Source of the DNA: an uncultured Nitrospiraceae bacterium
GTDB taxonomy: Bacteria; Nitrospirota; Nitrospiria; Nitrospirales; Nitrospiraceae
DNA length: 64,000 nt
NCBI GenBank assembly: GCA_963706325.1
Contig: CAVPLT010000004.1
Span: forward strand, 32,001 to 96,000
Direction: 5' to 3'
The notes below the pieces were generated by a model. That model did no database searches. It was not told the DNA's origin and was given only the letters and a program-made list of their open reading frames with translations. A program made the translations under genes and the position numbers. The first letter of the stretch is position 1, and the number at the start of each line of letters is the position of its first letter. Positions 19,783-30,926 of this stretch are shown piece after piece.

Positions 19783-19826
19783 GTCTCGGTAGAGTGAACC
19801 TCCGGCGGACGTGAAGGAGTAGCAGT

Positions 19827-20519
19827 ATGGGAAAGAAGTTGACCGCGGCTCAAGAAAAGATCGAGCCCAGGTTCTATGCGTTGAAAGAGGCGGTCGAGGC
19901 CGTCAAAGAGGCAGCGTTTGCCAAGTACGATGAATCCGTGGATCTAGCGATTCGCTTGGGGATTGATCCGAAGCGATCGGATCAAATGGTACGCGGTACG
20001 ACCGCGTTACCGCACGGAACCGGGAAGAAAGTCCGTGTGCTTGTCTTTGCGAAGGGCGAGAAGGAACAAGAGGCTCGGCAGGCCGGCGCCGATTTTGTCG
20101 GCTCCGATGACTTGATGGAAAAGATCAAGGGCGGGTGGATGGATTTTGATTGTGCGATTTCCACCCCAGATCTGATGGCCTCCGTCGGCAAGCTCGGAAA
20201 GGTATTGGGTCCCCGCGGTCTGATGCCGAATCCGAAAACCGGCACGGTGACCTTCGAAGTTGGCAAGGCTGTGAGCGAGATTCGTAAAGGCCGCGTCGAG
20301 TTCAAGGTCGAAAAAGCCGGGATCGTTCAAGTGCCGGTTGGGAAGGTCTCATTTGATGCCCAAAAATTGTACGACAATGCCCATGCGGTGTTGGAGTCTG
20401 TCGTCAAAGCGAAGCCGTCCTCCTGTAAAGGCCGCTATCTCAAGAGTGTGACGATGTCGAGCACCATGGGGCCGGGCGTGAAGCTGGATCCCGTGGCCTT
20501 GTCGAAGTTGTGGAGTTGA
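19827..20519 (+). CDS. rplA: 50S ribosomal protein L1
   Basis: [30 protein letters not shown]. Confidence 0.99.
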   Translation: MGKKLTAAQEKIEPRFYALKEAVEAVKEAAFAKYDESVDLAIRLGIDPKRSDQMVRGTTALPHGTGKKVRVLVFAKGEKEQEARQAGADFVGSDDLMEKIKGGWMDFDCAISTPDLMASVGKLGKVLGPRGLMPNPKTGTVTFEVGKAVSEIRKGRVEFKVEKAGIVQVPVGKVSFDAQKLYDNAHAVLESVVKAKPSSCKGRYLKSVTMSSTMGPGVKLDPVALSKLWS

Positions 20520-20550
20520 GAACGTAGAGGTTCTCAGTAAGGGGAAAGGC

Positions 20551-21486
20551 ATGAAGAAAGAAGAGAAGGCAACAGCGATCGCGGAATTGACGGAAAAATT
20601 CGGTCGCGCCCGCTTGGCTATTCTGACGGAGTGCGCCGGCATGCCCGTCAATCAGATGACCGAGTTGCGCAGGCAGTTACGTGGCGCCAAGGCCGAGTAT
20701 TGCGTGATCAAGAATACCCTAGCCGTCCGTGCGTCGGCCGGGACAAGTCTTGCCGATGCGAAGCCGCATTTTAAGGGACCAACGGGGTTGGTGATCGGCT
20801 ATGACGATCCGGTTCTCCCGGCGAAAATCTTGCGGGATTTTATTCAGGCTGAAAAACGCTCGGAAAAGATCAAAGTTACTGTCGGGGTACTGGAAGGCCG
20901 GTTGGTGCAAGCGGCGGATCTCAACGCCATTGCGCAGCTGCCGAAAAAGGAAGTGTTGATTGCGATGCTGCTGTCGGCCATGCAGGGTCCGATTCGCGGC
21001 GTGGTGTACGCGTTGAGCGGAGTATTGAGCAAGTTCGTGCGAGTCATTGCAGCCATTCAGGATAAAAAGAAAGGGGAGGGCGACATGTCAGCAGCAGAAG
21101 GAACCAAGTTGTCACAGGATGAATTGATCAAGGCAATCGAGAGCATGAGCGTATTGGAATTGGCGGATCTCGTGAAGGGACTGGAGACACGTTTTGGAGT
21201 GACCGCGGCGGCGCCGATGGCCATGATGGCACCGGCCGGCGGCGGAGCGGCTGCGGCACCGGCAGAGGAAAAGACATCGTTCGACGTCATTTTGGTCAGC
21301 GCGCCGGCTGACAAGAAAATCCAGGTCATCAAAGTCGTGCGCGAACTTACCAGCCTCGGACTTAAGGAAGCGAAGGACTTGGTTGAAGGCGCTCCGAAGC
21401 CCGTCAAGGCCGGCGTGACCAAGGAAGAATCCGATACTATGAAGAAAAAGCTTGAAGAGAGCGGGGCTAAAGTCGAAATCAAGTAA
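20551..21486 (+). CDS. rplJ: In-frame L10-L7/L12 fusion ORF (L10 = codons 1-178, no stop before L12)
   Basis: L10 motifs ([19 protein letters not shown]) run via QDKKKGEGD directly into L12. Confidence 0.93.
   Translation: MKKEEKATAIAELTEKFGRARLAILTECAGMPVNQMTELRRQLRGAKAEYCVIKNTLAVRASAGTSLADAKPHFKGPTGLVIGYDDPVLPAKILRDFIQAEKRSEKIKVTVGVLEGRLVQAADLNAIAQLPKKEVLIAMLLSAMQGPIRGVVYALSGVLSKFVRVIAAIQDKKKGEGDMSAAEGTKLSQDELIKAIESMSVLELADLVKGLETRFGVTAAAPMAMMAPAGGGAAAAPAEEKTSFDVILVSAPADKKIQVIKVVRELTSLGLKEAKDLVEGAPKPVKAGVTKEESDTMKKKLEESGAKVEIK
21085..21486 (+). CDS. rplL: 50S ribosomal protein L7/L12 from an internal in-frame start
   Basis: AAGGGGAGG SD then ATG 21085; [42 protein letters not shown]. Confidence 0.88.
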   Translation: MSAAEGTKLSQDELIKAIESMSVLELADLVKGLETRFGVTAAAPMAMMAPAGGGAAAAPAEEKTSFDVILVSAPADKKIQVIKVVRELTSLGLKEAKDLVEGAPKPVKAGVTKEESDTMKKKLEESGAKVEIK

Positions 21487-21567
21487 TCGCTCGGTGATCT
21501 GCGGTGCGAGTTGTCCGGTGGGATGGCGCGAGGCGTTCATCTCCTTATGAGCTTGGAGGGCTAACGA

Positions 21568-24500
21568 ATGTCGGAATCGACTCTTTCGGAGTTTGTCGAA
21601 CGCAAGGATTTTTCTCGGATTCGTACGAGCATCGACATTCCCGATCTCATTGAAATCCAAAAGCGGTCCTACGAGGAGTTCCTCCAGATGGAGGTCGAGC
21701 CGGATCGTCGCAAGGATCAAGGGTTGCAAGCGGCATTGGCCAGTGTCTTTCCCATCACGGACTACAACAACACCGCCGCGCTGGAGTTCTCCAATTACAC
21801 CTTGGGGACACCCAAATACGATGAGCGGGAATGCCTTGAGCAGGGAATGACCTATGCCGTCCCGCTGAAACTACGGGTGCGACTGATTGTCTTCGACAAG
21901 GAAGACAAGGGTCCTAAGAAGAAAGTCCTGGACGTGCGAGAGCAGGAAGTGTATGTCGGTGAACTTCCGCTTATGACGGAGCGTGGGACGTTTCTGATTA
22001 ACGGAACTGAGCGAGTGGTGGTCAGTCAGCTGCACCGCTCGCCAGGCGCGTCCTTTACTCACGACAAGGGGCGAACCCATGCCAGCGGGAAGGTGCTATT
22101 TTCCGCTCGGATCATTCCGTATCGCGGATCGTGGCTCGATTTCGAGTTCGATGCCCGGGACATCTTGTATGTTCGGATCGACCGCCGCCGGAAGATGCCG
22201 GCAACTATACTGTTGAAGGCGTTCGGGTATAGCACCGACGATTTGCTGCGCATGTATTACCCCGTGGAAGAGATTCGTGTTTCCAGAGGGAAGCTCTACA
22301 GGAAGCTCGATGCGGAGATCCATCATGGCCTGAAGTGTTCGACGGAAGTGATGGAGAAGGGCGGGAAAGATCCTCTCGTTCGCGAAGGCGCCAAACTGAC
22401 GAAAGTTTTGATTGCCAAGCTCAAGGCTGCAGGAATCAAGGAGATTCCTGTGACGCCGGCTGAGTTGGTCGGGCGCGCGGTGCTGACGGAACTCGTTGAT
22501 GCCGGCAAGAAGCAGTCGTTGGCGGAGAAGAATCAGCGTCTCACTGAAGAAATCCTTGAGAAGGTTTTGGAAAGCGACATTGCGGAATTCAAGGTCATTT
22601 ATCTCGATACGACGAATGCCACGCTGGTGATCCTCGACACCCTTGATATGGAGCGCACCGCGTCAAAAGAAGAGGCAATGGTCGAGATTTATCGTCGCCT
22701 GCGGCCAGGCGAGACGCCATCTGTTGAGACCGCGCGGGCGTTATTTGACAACTTATTTTTAAGTCCCAAGCGATATGATCTATCCCCGGTGGGACGGCTC
22801 AAGCTCAACAAAAAGCTGGGGCTCGATTTTGCGCTCGAACAGCGTACCTTAACGGCGCAAGATATCGTGGAAGTGGTGCGATACCTCGTGAATCTCAAGA
22901 TTGGTCGCGGTGAGATCGATGACATCGACCACTTGGGCAATCGTCGTGTGCGGTCTGTGGGCGAGCTTTTGGAAAACCAGTTCCGATTAGGTCTCGTGCG
23001 AATGGAGCGGAGCATCAAGGAGCGCATGAACCTCCTGGACATGGAGACCGTGCTGCCACACGACCTGATCAATGCTAAGCCCGTTGTTGCGGCGGTCAAA
23101 GAGTTTTTCAGCAGCAGCCAGCTCTCTCAGTTTATGGATCAAACGAATCCTCTGGCTGAAATCACCCATAAGCGCCGCCTGTCGGCCCTGGGCCCAGGCG
23201 GGTTAACGCGTGAGCGTGCCGGCTTTGAGGTGCGCGACGTGCATCCTTCGCATTACAGTCGCATTTGCCCGATTGAAACACCGGAAGGCCCCAACATCGG
23301 GTTAATCACATCCCTGGCCACCTATGCGCGCATCAATGAGTTTGGATTCATCGAGGCGCCGTACCGGAAGGTGCTCAAGGGCCGAGTGAGCGATGAGCTG
23401 GAGTATCTCTCGGCCATCGAGGGTGACAAGTACATCATTGCCCAGGCCAACTCAAAGGTTGATACATCGGGCAAGCTCGTATCAGAAACGGTGTCAGCCC
23501 GCTCCGGCGGAGATTTTATTACGGCCACGCCCGACAAAATCGAATACATGGACGTCTCCCCGAAGCAGGTGGTCAGCGTGGCGACGGCATTGGTGCCGTT
23601 TCTTGAGCACGATGACGCCAACCGTGCATTGATGGGCTCGAACATGCAGCGGCAAGCGGTGCCTTTGCTGAAGGCGGAGTCCCCGTTGGTCGGAACTGGG
23701 ATGGAAGCTGTGGTGGCGCGCGATTCCGGGTATGTCGTGCAGGCAAAGCGAGAAGGAGTGGTGGAGAGTGTCGATGCCACCAGGATCGTCGTTCGTGCCG
23801 ATTCGAAAGAGGGACGCAAGCGAAACGATTCGGGCCTTGATGTCTATGAAATGATCAAGTTTCAGCGGTCGAATCAAAATACCTGCATCACCCAGACGCC
23901 CGTGGTCCGGGTCGGGGAACCTGTGAAGAGAGGACAGGTCTTGGCGGATGGTCCCGCAATTGATCACGGAGAGCTGGCGCTCGGCAAAAATGTCCTCGTC
24001 GCATTCATGCCGTGGGGGGGATACAACTTCGAAGATGCGATTCTGTTGAGCGAAAAGTTGGTGCGTGAAGACGCGTTCACCTCCATTCACATTGAAGAAT
24101 TTGAGGTAGAAGCCCGCGATACGAAATTGGGCAAGGAAGATATTACGCGCGATATTCCGAACGTCGGTGAGGAAGCGCTTCGTGATTTGGACGAGAGCGG
24201 GATTATTCGGATCGGCGCGGAGGTGAAGCCCGGTGATATTCTCGTCGGAAAGGTCACCCCGAAAGGTGAAACCCAGCTGACACCGGAGGAGAAGTTGTTG
24301 CGCGCGATCTTCGGTGAGAAGGCAGGGGACGTCAAGGACACCTCACTGACGGTTCCTCCTGGCGTGGAAGGCATTGTCGTCGATGTAAAGATCTTTTCCC
24401 GCAAAGGGTTGGATAAGGACGAACGCTCGAAGAGCATCGAGAGCGAAGATCACATGAAGTTGCAGCGAGACCACCAGGAAGAGCTGCGAATCATTGAGGA

Positions 24501-25527
24501 CGAAAAAACAAAAAAAGTTCGCAAGCTGCTACTGGGGAAAGTGGTCGGACGGGATCTGATGGATCCTGAGACCGGCGACGTGATTTTAAAGAAGAAGGGC
24601 AAGTTGACCGCTGACATCTTGAAGCGCTTGCCGGATGACATGGTGCGCCATATCATTCTCAGCGATCCTGATGAGCAAAAAGAGCTGGAGGATGTCGAGC
24701 GTCGCGCCAAAGAGCAGATCGAAATTCTGCAGACGCTATATGATGAAAAAGTCGGTCGTCTGAGACGAGGGGATGAGCTTCCGCCAGGTGTGATTAAGCT
24801 CGTGAAGGTCTACATCGCGATGAAGCGTAAGATTCAGGTCGGCGACAAGATGGCCGGGCGTCACGGTAACAAAGGCGTGGTGTCGCGCGTGTTGCCGGAA
24901 GAAGACATGCCCTATATGCCGGACGGGACGCCTGTAGAGATCGTCTTGAATCCGTTGGGTGTGCCGTCTCGTATGAACGTGGGTCAGATTCTGGAGACGC
25001 ACCTGGGTTGGGCGGCGCGGGCACTGGGAATTAAGGTGGCGAGCCCGGTCTTCGACGGTGCCTCTGAAAAGGAAATCAAAGACCTTCTCAAGAAGGCTAA
25101 GCTTTCCCCCAGCGGTCAAACAGAGTTGATGGACGGGCGTACGGGCGAATCATTCGCGAGCCATGTGACGGTTGGATATATGTATGTGCTGAAGCTCCAT
25201 CACCTCGTGGATGATAAGATTCACGCCCGATCGATTGGCCCATATTCCCTGGTGACTCAGCAGCCCCTCGGAGGAAAAGCACAATTCGGCGGTCAACGAT
25301 TGGGAGAGATGGAAGTGTGGGCGCTTCAGGCGTATGGAGCCGCTTCTATACTACAAGAATTCTTGACTGTGAAATCTGACGATGTGCCGGGACGGTCGCG
25401 CATGTATGAAGCGATCGTTAAAGGGGAACCATTCCTGGAACCAGGGCTGCCGGAATCGTTCAACGTGTTAGTCAAAGAGCTGCAAAGTCTGGGGCTCGAT
25501 GTCGAGCTGGTTAAATCGAAGGACTGA
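21568..25527 (+). CDS. rpoB: RNA polymerase beta subunit
   Basis: [46 protein letters not shown]. Confidence 0.99.
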   Translation: MSESTLSEFVERKDFSRIRTSIDIPDLIEIQKRSYEEFLQMEVEPDRRKDQGLQAALASVFPITDYNNTAALEFSNYTLGTPKYDERECLEQGMTYAVPLKLRVRLIVFDKEDKGPKKKVLDVREQEVYVGELPLMTERGTFLINGTERVVVSQLHRSPGASFTHDKGRTHASGKVLFSARIIPYRGSWLDFEFDARDILYVRIDRRRKMPATILLKAFGYSTDDLLRMYYPVEEIRVSRGKLYRKLDAEIHHGLKCSTEVMEKGGKDPLVREGAKLTKVLIAKLKAAGIKEIPVTPAELVGRAVLTELVDAGKKQSLAEKNQRLTEEILEKVLESDIAEFKVIYLDTTNATLVILDTLDMERTASKEEAMVEIYRRLRPGETPSVETARALFDNLFLSPKRYDLSPVGRLKLNKKLGLDFALEQRTLTAQDIVEVVRYLVNLKIGRGEIDDIDHLGNRRVRSVGELLENQFRLGLVRMERSIKERMNLLDMETVLPHDLINAKPVVAAVKEFFSSSQLSQFMDQTNPLAEITHKRRLSALGPGGLTRERAGFEVRDVHPSHYSRICPIETPEGPNIGLITSLATYARINEFGFIEAPYRKVLKGRVSDELEYLSAIEGDKYIIAQANSKVDTSGKLVSETVSARSGGDFITATPDKIEYMDVSPKQVVSVATALVPFLEHDDANRALMGSNMQRQAVPLLKAESPLVGTGMEAVVARDSGYVVQAKREGVVESVDATRIVVRADSKEGRKRNDSGLDVYEMIKFQRSNQNTCITQTPVVRVGEPVKRGQVLADGPAIDHGELALGKNVLVAFMPWGGYNFEDAILLSEKLVREDAFTSIHIEEFEVEARDTKLGKEDITRDIPNVGEEALRDLDESGIIRIGAEVKPGDILVGKVTPKGETQLTPEEKLLRAIFGEKAGDVKDTSLTVPPGVEGIVVDVKIFSRKGLDKDERSKSIESEDHMKLQRDHQEELRIIEDEKTKKVRKLLLGKVVGRDLMDPETGDVILKKKGKLTADILKRLPDDMVRHIILSDPDEQKELEDVERRAKEQIEILQTLYDEKVGRLRRGDELPPGVIKLVKVYIAMKRKIQVGDKMAGRHGNKGVVSRVLPEEDMPYMPDGTPVEIVLNPLGVPSRMNVGQILETHLGWAARALGIKVASPVFDGASEKEIKDLLKKAKLSPSGQTELMDGRTGESFASHVTVGYMYVLKLHHLVDDKIHARSIGPYSLVTQQPLGGKAQFGGQRLGEMEVWALQAYGAASILQEFLTVKSDDVPGRSRMYEAIVKGEPFLEPGLPESFNVLVKELQSLGLDVELVKSKD

Positions 25528-25604
25528 TTTTAGTGCTGAGTGTTCATAGAGAATTAGCTCACCACTGAGAATGCGCTCAGGCGACCGTTAAGGAGGGATC
25601 AACC

Positions 25605-28600
25605 TTGGAAGGTGTATACACATTATTCGAAAAGCCGCGTGACTCGGTGTCGTTCGACTCGATGCGGATTCGCATTGCGTCGCCCGAAAAAATCCGATCG
25701 TGGTCATATGGCGAAGTCAAGAAACCGGAAACGATCAATTACCGATCCTTCAAACCCGAAAAAGACGGATTGTTCTGCGCCAAGATTTTTGGCCCGATCA
25801 AGGACTGGGAGTGTAATTGCGGCAAATACAAACGGATGAAGCATCGCGGCATCGTGTGCGACAAGTGCGGTGTCGAAGTGATTCAGTCGAAGGTGCGCCG
25901 CGAGCGGATGGGGCACATCGAGCTGGCGGCCCCGGTTGCGCATATCTGGTTTCTCAAGGGTGTCCCCAGTCGGATTGGGACATTGCTGGACATGAGCCTC
26001 AAGCAGCTCGAAAAGATTCTTTACTTCGAAAGCTACGTCATGGTGGATCCCGGATCTACGAGCATGAGCGAGCAGGAGTTGGTGACGGAGGAAAAGCTGC
26101 GGGAGTTGCAATCTGAGTATGGTAACGGCGCGTTCAAGGTTGGGATCGGCGCTGAGGCCATCCGTGAGTTGCTACGCAAAGTCGATATCAATACCCAGTG
26201 GGACGAATTGCATGTGAAGGCCAAAGCGTCGGCGTCTGCTGCGCTGAAAAAGAAATATGCGAAACGTCTGAAGGTCCTTGAAGCGTTTCGCCGTTCGGGT
26301 AACAAGCCAGAGTGGATGATTATGGATGTTATCCCGGTGTTGCCGCCCGAACTCCGTCCATTGGTGCCCTTGGACGGAGGTCGTTTTGCGACCTCGGATC
26401 TCAATGACCTCTATCGCCGCGTGATCAACCGGAACAATCGCTTGAAGCGTCTGATCGAATTGAAGGCTCCCGGCGTCATCATCCGCAACGAAATGCGTAT
26501 GTTGCAGGAGGCCGTGGACGCCCTGTTCGATAACGGTCGTCGGGGTCGGGCCATTCGCGGACCGAACAAGCGTCCACTGAAGTCGTTGAGCGATATGCTC
26601 AAGGGAAAACAAGGACGGTTCCGCCAGAATCTCCTGGGTAAGCGCGTCGACTATTCAGGTCGGACCGTTATCGTCGTTGGGCCGGAATTGCGTCTGCATC
26701 AGTGTGGATTGCCCAAGAAAATGGCTTTGGAATTGTTCAAGCCGTTCATCTTCCACAAGCTGGAGGAACGGGGCGCGGCCACGACGATTAAGAGCGCCAA
26801 ACGATTAGTCGAAAAAGAGCGGCCTGAGGTGTGGGATGTGCTGGATGAAGTCATCCGCGAGCATCCTGTATTGCTCAATCGCGCACCGACCTTGCACCGG
26901 CTTGGCATTCAGGCCTTCGACCCTGTGTTAGTGGAAGGCAAGGCGATTCGACTTCATCCTCTTGTCTGCGCTGCGTTCAATGCCGACTTTGACGGCGATC
27001 AAATGGCCGTCCACGTGCCCTTATCCGTCGAGGCGCAGGTCGAGGCGCGCGTTCTGATGATGTCGATCAATAACATCCTTTCACCTGCCAATGGAAAGCC
27101 GATCGCCGTACCATCCCAAGATATGGTTCTTGGATGTTATTGGCTTACAAAGGAACGTGTCGGCGCGAAGGGTGAAGGTAAACTGTTTGGATCGCAGGAG
27201 GAAGCGCGGATTGCCTATGATGCGGGTGCGTTGGATGAGCATGCGCGAATTAAGGTGCGATCCAACGGGGCGATGATTCAAACCACTGCTGGGCGTGTCA
27301 TTCTCGCGGAAATTCTTCCTGCGATGATGCCGTTTGCGGATGCCAACAAACTGATGACCAAGAAGGAAATGTCGAAGCTGATCGATGCGGTCTATCGGCA
27401 GGCGGGACATCGTGAAACCGTGACGTTCCTGGACAAGATCAAGGACCTCGGCTTTCATTATGCCACCAGGGCTGGGATGTCCATTTGCATCGATAACATG
27501 CACATTCCTACCCGTAAGGAAGACCTTATTGGGAAGGCTCAGCATGAAGTCAACGAAATCGAAAAACAATATTCCGAAGGTTTGATCACCAACGGTGAGC
27601 GATACAACAAAGTCATCGACATTTGGGCGCACGTCACCGAACAGGTGGCCAACGAGATGATGAAGGAATTGGGCGCTGGCGGTGATCCGGCAAAGATCGA
27701 ATCGTTCAATCCCATTTTCATGATGGCCGATTCGGGTGCACGAGGCAGTTCGCAGCAGATCCGTCAGCTGGGCGGTATGCGCGGATTGATGGCGAAACCG
27801 TCCGGAGAAATTATCGAGACGCCGATCACGGCCAACTTCCGTGAGGGCTTGACGGTATTGCAGTACTTCATCTCAACGCACGGTGCGCGAAAAGGTTTGG
27901 CCGACACGGCACTAAAAACCGCCAATTCGGGATATCTCACCCGTAGGTTGGTTGATATTGCGCAGGATGTCATCGTGACCGAGGAGGATTGCGGCACGAC
28001 CGACGGCATCTTGGTCAGCGCCCTCCTCGAGGGTGGAGAGATCATTCAGCCATTGGAAGAGCGTCTCCTTGGGCGTCTTGCCGGGGAAGATATCCGCGAC
28101 CCAGTGACCGGAGAGATCATCGTCTCCTTCAACGAAGAAATCGACGAAGAACAGGCGAAGGCGGTCGTTGAGGCCGGTGTGGATCGGGTGAAAATCCGTT
28201 CGGTATTGACATGCCAGTCCCCACGCGGGGTATGCCGTCTTTGCTACGGCCGCGATTTGTCGCGAGGTCGACTGGTAGAAAAGGGAGAGCCGGTTGGAGT
28301 GATTGCCGCGCAATCGATCGGCGAGCCTGGCACGCAGTTGACCATGCGGACCTTTCACATCGGAGGCACCGCGAGCAAAGTGGTTGAGCAAACGGTGTTG
28401 GAAGCCAAGCACGCTGGCCAGCTGAAGTTCATGAGTTTGGATGCCAAGAAGAATGCCGACGTCCACAATGGTGGCATTGCGGTACGGAATAAAGATGGCG
28501 AATGGGTCGTCATGAATCGCAATGCGAAAATTGCGATTGTGGACGATACCGGCCGAGAGCGGGAGAAGTACCCGGTTGTGTATGGCGCCAAGATCAAGGT

Positions 28601-29792
28601 CAAGGATGGAGACCGGGTTGAGGTGGGGCAAAAGTTGGTCGAATGGGACCCCTATTCGTTGACGATCCTGACGGAGACCGGCGGGAAAGTTGCCTACGGC
28701 GACATTCTTGAAGGGGTGACCATGAAGGAAGAGTTTGACGAGGTGACCGGTCTGTCACGGAAGGTCATCATCGAGCAGAGTGGGGCTACGCTTCGCCCTC
28801 GTGTGTCGATCAAGGACGACAGCGGCAAGACGGCAAAAGTGTCTGGATCGGGCACGCCTGTGGCGCGGTATCTCCTGCCGGTGGGTGCGCATATCTTCGT
28901 CGAGAAGGGGGCTCAAGTGCATCCCGGCGACGTGCTGGCCAAAATTCCGCGAGAAACAACCAAGACCAAGGACATCACCGGCGGCCTTCCGCGAGTCGCA
29001 GAGTTGTTCGAGGCCCGCAAGCCGAAGGAGCAGGCGGTGATCAGTGAGATCGACGGCGAAGTCTCTTATGGCGGCTTTGTAAAGGGTATGCGGAAGGTGC
29101 TTGTCGACAACAAGATGGGCGATGTGAAGGAATATTTCATTCCCAAGGGTAAGCACGTCAATGTGCATGAGGGAGACTGGGTGCGGGCCGGTGAGCCACT
29201 CATGGATGGTTCAGCCAATCCTCACGACATTTTGGATGTGTTGGGGCCGAAAGAACTGCAAAAGTATCTCGTCGACGAAGTGCAGGATGTCTACCGGTTG
29301 CAAGGCGTGTCCATCAATGACAAGCACATTGAGATCATTGTCAGGCAAATGCTTCGGAAGGTCCGGATCGAAGATCCTGGGGATACCTCATTCTTGCCGG
29401 GTAGCCAAGTCAGCAAAGGCTTGTTCGATGTGGAGAATCAACGGGTCCTAGACAAGGACGGCAAGCCGGCGCTTGGAAAGCCGGTCCTCCTCGGTATTAC
29501 CAAGGCCGCGCTGACCACGGATAGCTTTATTTCGGCGGCATCCTTCCAGGAAACCACGCGCGTGCTGACCGAGGCCGCGATCAACGGTCGCGAGGATAAC
29601 CTCCTTGGCTTGAAGGAGAATGTGATCGTGGGCCGTCTCATTCCAGCCGGAAGCGGTTTTGAGGAATATCGCGAGACCTTTGTGGCGAGTGCGAGGAGTG
29701 CCGGAGATCTACCGGGAGGTCAGGCTCAACCAGTTGCCGTCGGGCAACATCCGATCGACTCACCGGCCAGTGCAACTGAAAATAATGAGTAA
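25605..29792 (+). CDS. rpoC: RNA polymerase beta' subunit (TTG start)
   Basis: NADFDGD, N-terminal zinc finger, SD AAGGAGG. Confidence 0.99.
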   Translation: MEGVYTLFEKPRDSVSFDSMRIRIASPEKIRSWSYGEVKKPETINYRSFKPEKDGLFCAKIFGPIKDWECNCGKYKRMKHRGIVCDKCGVEVIQSKVRRERMGHIELAAPVAHIWFLKGVPSRIGTLLDMSLKQLEKILYFESYVMVDPGSTSMSEQELVTEEKLRELQSEYGNGAFKVGIGAEAIRELLRKVDINTQWDELHVKAKASASAALKKKYAKRLKVLEAFRRSGNKPEWMIMDVIPVLPPELRPLVPLDGGRFATSDLNDLYRRVINRNNRLKRLIELKAPGVIIRNEMRMLQEAVDALFDNGRRGRAIRGPNKRPLKSLSDMLKGKQGRFRQNLLGKRVDYSGRTVIVVGPELRLHQCGLPKKMALELFKPFIFHKLEERGAATTIKSAKRLVEKERPEVWDVLDEVIREHPVLLNRAPTLHRLGIQAFDPVLVEGKAIRLHPLVCAAFNADFDGDQMAVHVPLSVEAQVEARVLMMSINNILSPANGKPIAVPSQDMVLGCYWLTKERVGAKGEGKLFGSQEEARIAYDAGALDEHARIKVRSNGAMIQTTAGRVILAEILPAMMPFADANKLMTKKEMSKLIDAVYRQAGHRETVTFLDKIKDLGFHYATRAGMSICIDNMHIPTRKEDLIGKAQHEVNEIEKQYSEGLITNGERYNKVIDIWAHVTEQVANEMMKELGAGGDPAKIESFNPIFMMADSGARGSSQQIRQLGGMRGLMAKPSGEIIETPITANFREGLTVLQYFISTHGARKGLADTALKTANSGYLTRRLVDIAQDVIVTEEDCGTTDGILVSALLEGGEIIQPLEERLLGRLAGEDIRDPVTGEIIVSFNEEIDEEQAKAVVEAGVDRVKIRSVLTCQSPRGVCRLCYGRDLSRGRLVEKGEPVGVIAAQSIGEPGTQLTMRTFHIGGTASKVVEQTVLEAKHAGQLKFMSLDAKKNADVHNGGIAVRNKDGEWVVMNRNAKIAIVDDTGREREKYPVVYGAKIKVKDGDRVEVGQKLVEWDPYSLTILTETGGKVAYGDILEGVTMKEEFDEVTGLSRKVIIEQSGATLRPRVSIKDDSGKTAKVSGSGTPVARYLLPVGAHIFVEKGAQVHPGDVLAKIPRETTKTKDITGGLPRVAELFEARKPKEQAVISEIDGEVSYGGFVKGMRKVLVDNKMGDVKEYFIPKGKHVNVHEGDWVRAGEPLMDGSANPHDILDVLGPKELQKYLVDEVQDVYRLQGVSINDKHIEIIVRQMLRKVRIEDPGDTSFLPGSQVSKGLFDVENQRVLDKDGKPALGKPVLLGITKAALTTDSFISAASFQETTRVLTEAAINGREDNLLGLKENVIVGRLIPAGSGFEEYRETFVASARSAGDLPGGQAQPVAVGQHPIDSPASATENNE

Positions 29793-29807
29793 AGGAAGAG
29801 AACTTTC

Positions 29808-29836
29808 TTGACATAAGTAGTGCGGATCTCTATAAT
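29808..29836 (+). promoter_or_regulatory. Consensus sigma70 promoter of the str operon
   Basis: TTGACA-N17-TATAAT, perfect consensus. Confidence 0.9.
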
Positions 29837-29899
29837 CCGACGGCTTTGCTCATGAGCATTTTAAGTAAATGTTTGCTTGACCACGAAAGAGTATAGTGC

Positions 29900-30271
29900 A
29901 TGCCAACGATTAATCAGCTCGTGCGAAAAGGCCGCACGCTTGTAAAGCCTAAGACGAAAAGCCCGGCGCTCAAAAGTTGTCCGCAGAAGCGCGGAGTCTG
30001 TCTCCGCGTCTACACGACGACTCCCAAAAAACCAAACTCCGCTCTTCGGAAGGTGGCTCGTGTTCGGTTGACGAACGGGATGGAGGTCACCACGTACATC
30101 CCTGGTGTCGGCCATAATCTGCAGGAGCACTCCATTGTATTGGTTCGTGGTGGTCGCGTGAAGGACTTGCCTGGTGTGCGATATCACATTGTGCGAGGTT
30201 CTCTGGATGCGGTGGGGGTCGCTGATCGTAAGCAGTCCCGTTCCAAGTACGGAGCGAAGCGCCCAAAGTAG
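29900..30271 (+). CDS. rpsL: 30S ribosomal protein S12
   Basis: [21 protein letters not shown]. Confidence 0.99.
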   Translation: MPTINQLVRKGRTLVKPKTKSPALKSCPQKRGVCLRVYTTTPKKPNSALRKVARVRLTNGMEVTTYIPGVGHNLQEHSIVLVRGGRVKDLPGVRYHIVRGSLDAVGVADRKQSRSKYGAKRPK

Positions 30272-30331
30272 CAATTGTTGTGTCATTGCGTCTGTGCGCA
30301 ATGGAAACCGATTTTACCTTATAGGATAACG

Positions 30332-30805
30332 ATGCCACGCGGACAATTTTTCGGTCATCGAGAGGCGCAGCCCGATTCGAAGTATCGCGATAAGCTTGTC
30401 GGCAAATTTCTGAACGTCCTAATGGGCGGCGGAAAGAAGAGCACGGCAGAGCGTGTATGTTACGGGGCATTCGATTTGATCCAGGAGAAAACTAGCGGCG
30501 GTGATCCGATGAAGGTCTTCAAGTCGGCCGTCGATAACGTGAAGCCGGTTGTAGAGGTGAAGTCGCGTCGGGTGGGTGGTGCTTCCTATCAGGTGCCTGT
30601 TGAGATACGACCGTCACGTCGGGTTTCATTGGCATTGCGATGGATTACCGAATACTCGCGTTCGCGGGGCGGGAAAAGCATGCAGGATCGACTTGCCGCT
30701 GAATTGCTCGATGCGTCCAATAACACGGGTGCATCGGTGAAAAAGCGCGAGGATGTCCATAGAATGGCTGAGGCCAACAAGGCCTTTGCTCATTACCGCT
30801 GGTAA
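30332..30805 (+). CDS. rpsG: 30S ribosomal protein S7
   Basis: MPR start, [27 protein letters not shown]. Confidence 0.98.
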   Translation: MPRGQFFGHREAQPDSKYRDKLVGKFLNVLMGGGKKSTAERVCYGAFDLIQEKTSGGDPMKVFKSAVDNVKPVVEVKSRRVGGASYQVPVEIRPSRRVSLALRWITEYSRSRGGKSMQDRLAAELLDASNNTGASVKKREDVHRMAEANKAFAHYRW

Positions 30806-30821
30806 TTAGTTGGTCTCGTGT

Positions 30822-30916
30822 CGTGCTGCTGTTGAGCCAGGCTGCGAAATTGCCGGATAAATTCCGGCCTCGCAGGGCAAGGTTTACGGCTCGGATGGCG
30901 GCACGTTCGTTTTTTC
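30822..30916 (+). terminator. Long nested hairpin with U-tract between rpsG and fusA
   Basis: Outer stem CGTGCTGCTGTTGAGCC/GGCTCGGATGGCGGCACG, inner stems CTGCGA/TCGCAG and GCCGGA/TCCGGC, then TTCGTTTTTT. Confidence 0.5.
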
Positions 30917-30926
30917 TGGGGGAGTT

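Noticed and set aside
19783..19826. L1 autoregulatory site between rplK and rplA
   Set aside because: Only a short CTCC/GGAG pairing is visible; I could not match the L1-site consensus.
21061..21072. Out-of-frame TAA at the L10/L12 junction suggesting a sequencing frameshift
   Set aside because: The current frame gives the typical L10 ending AIQDKK and stays in frame with L12; an error is less parsimonious, though reads should be checked.
29877..29897. Second str promoter TTGACC...TATAGT
   Set aside because: Spacer is only 9 nt.
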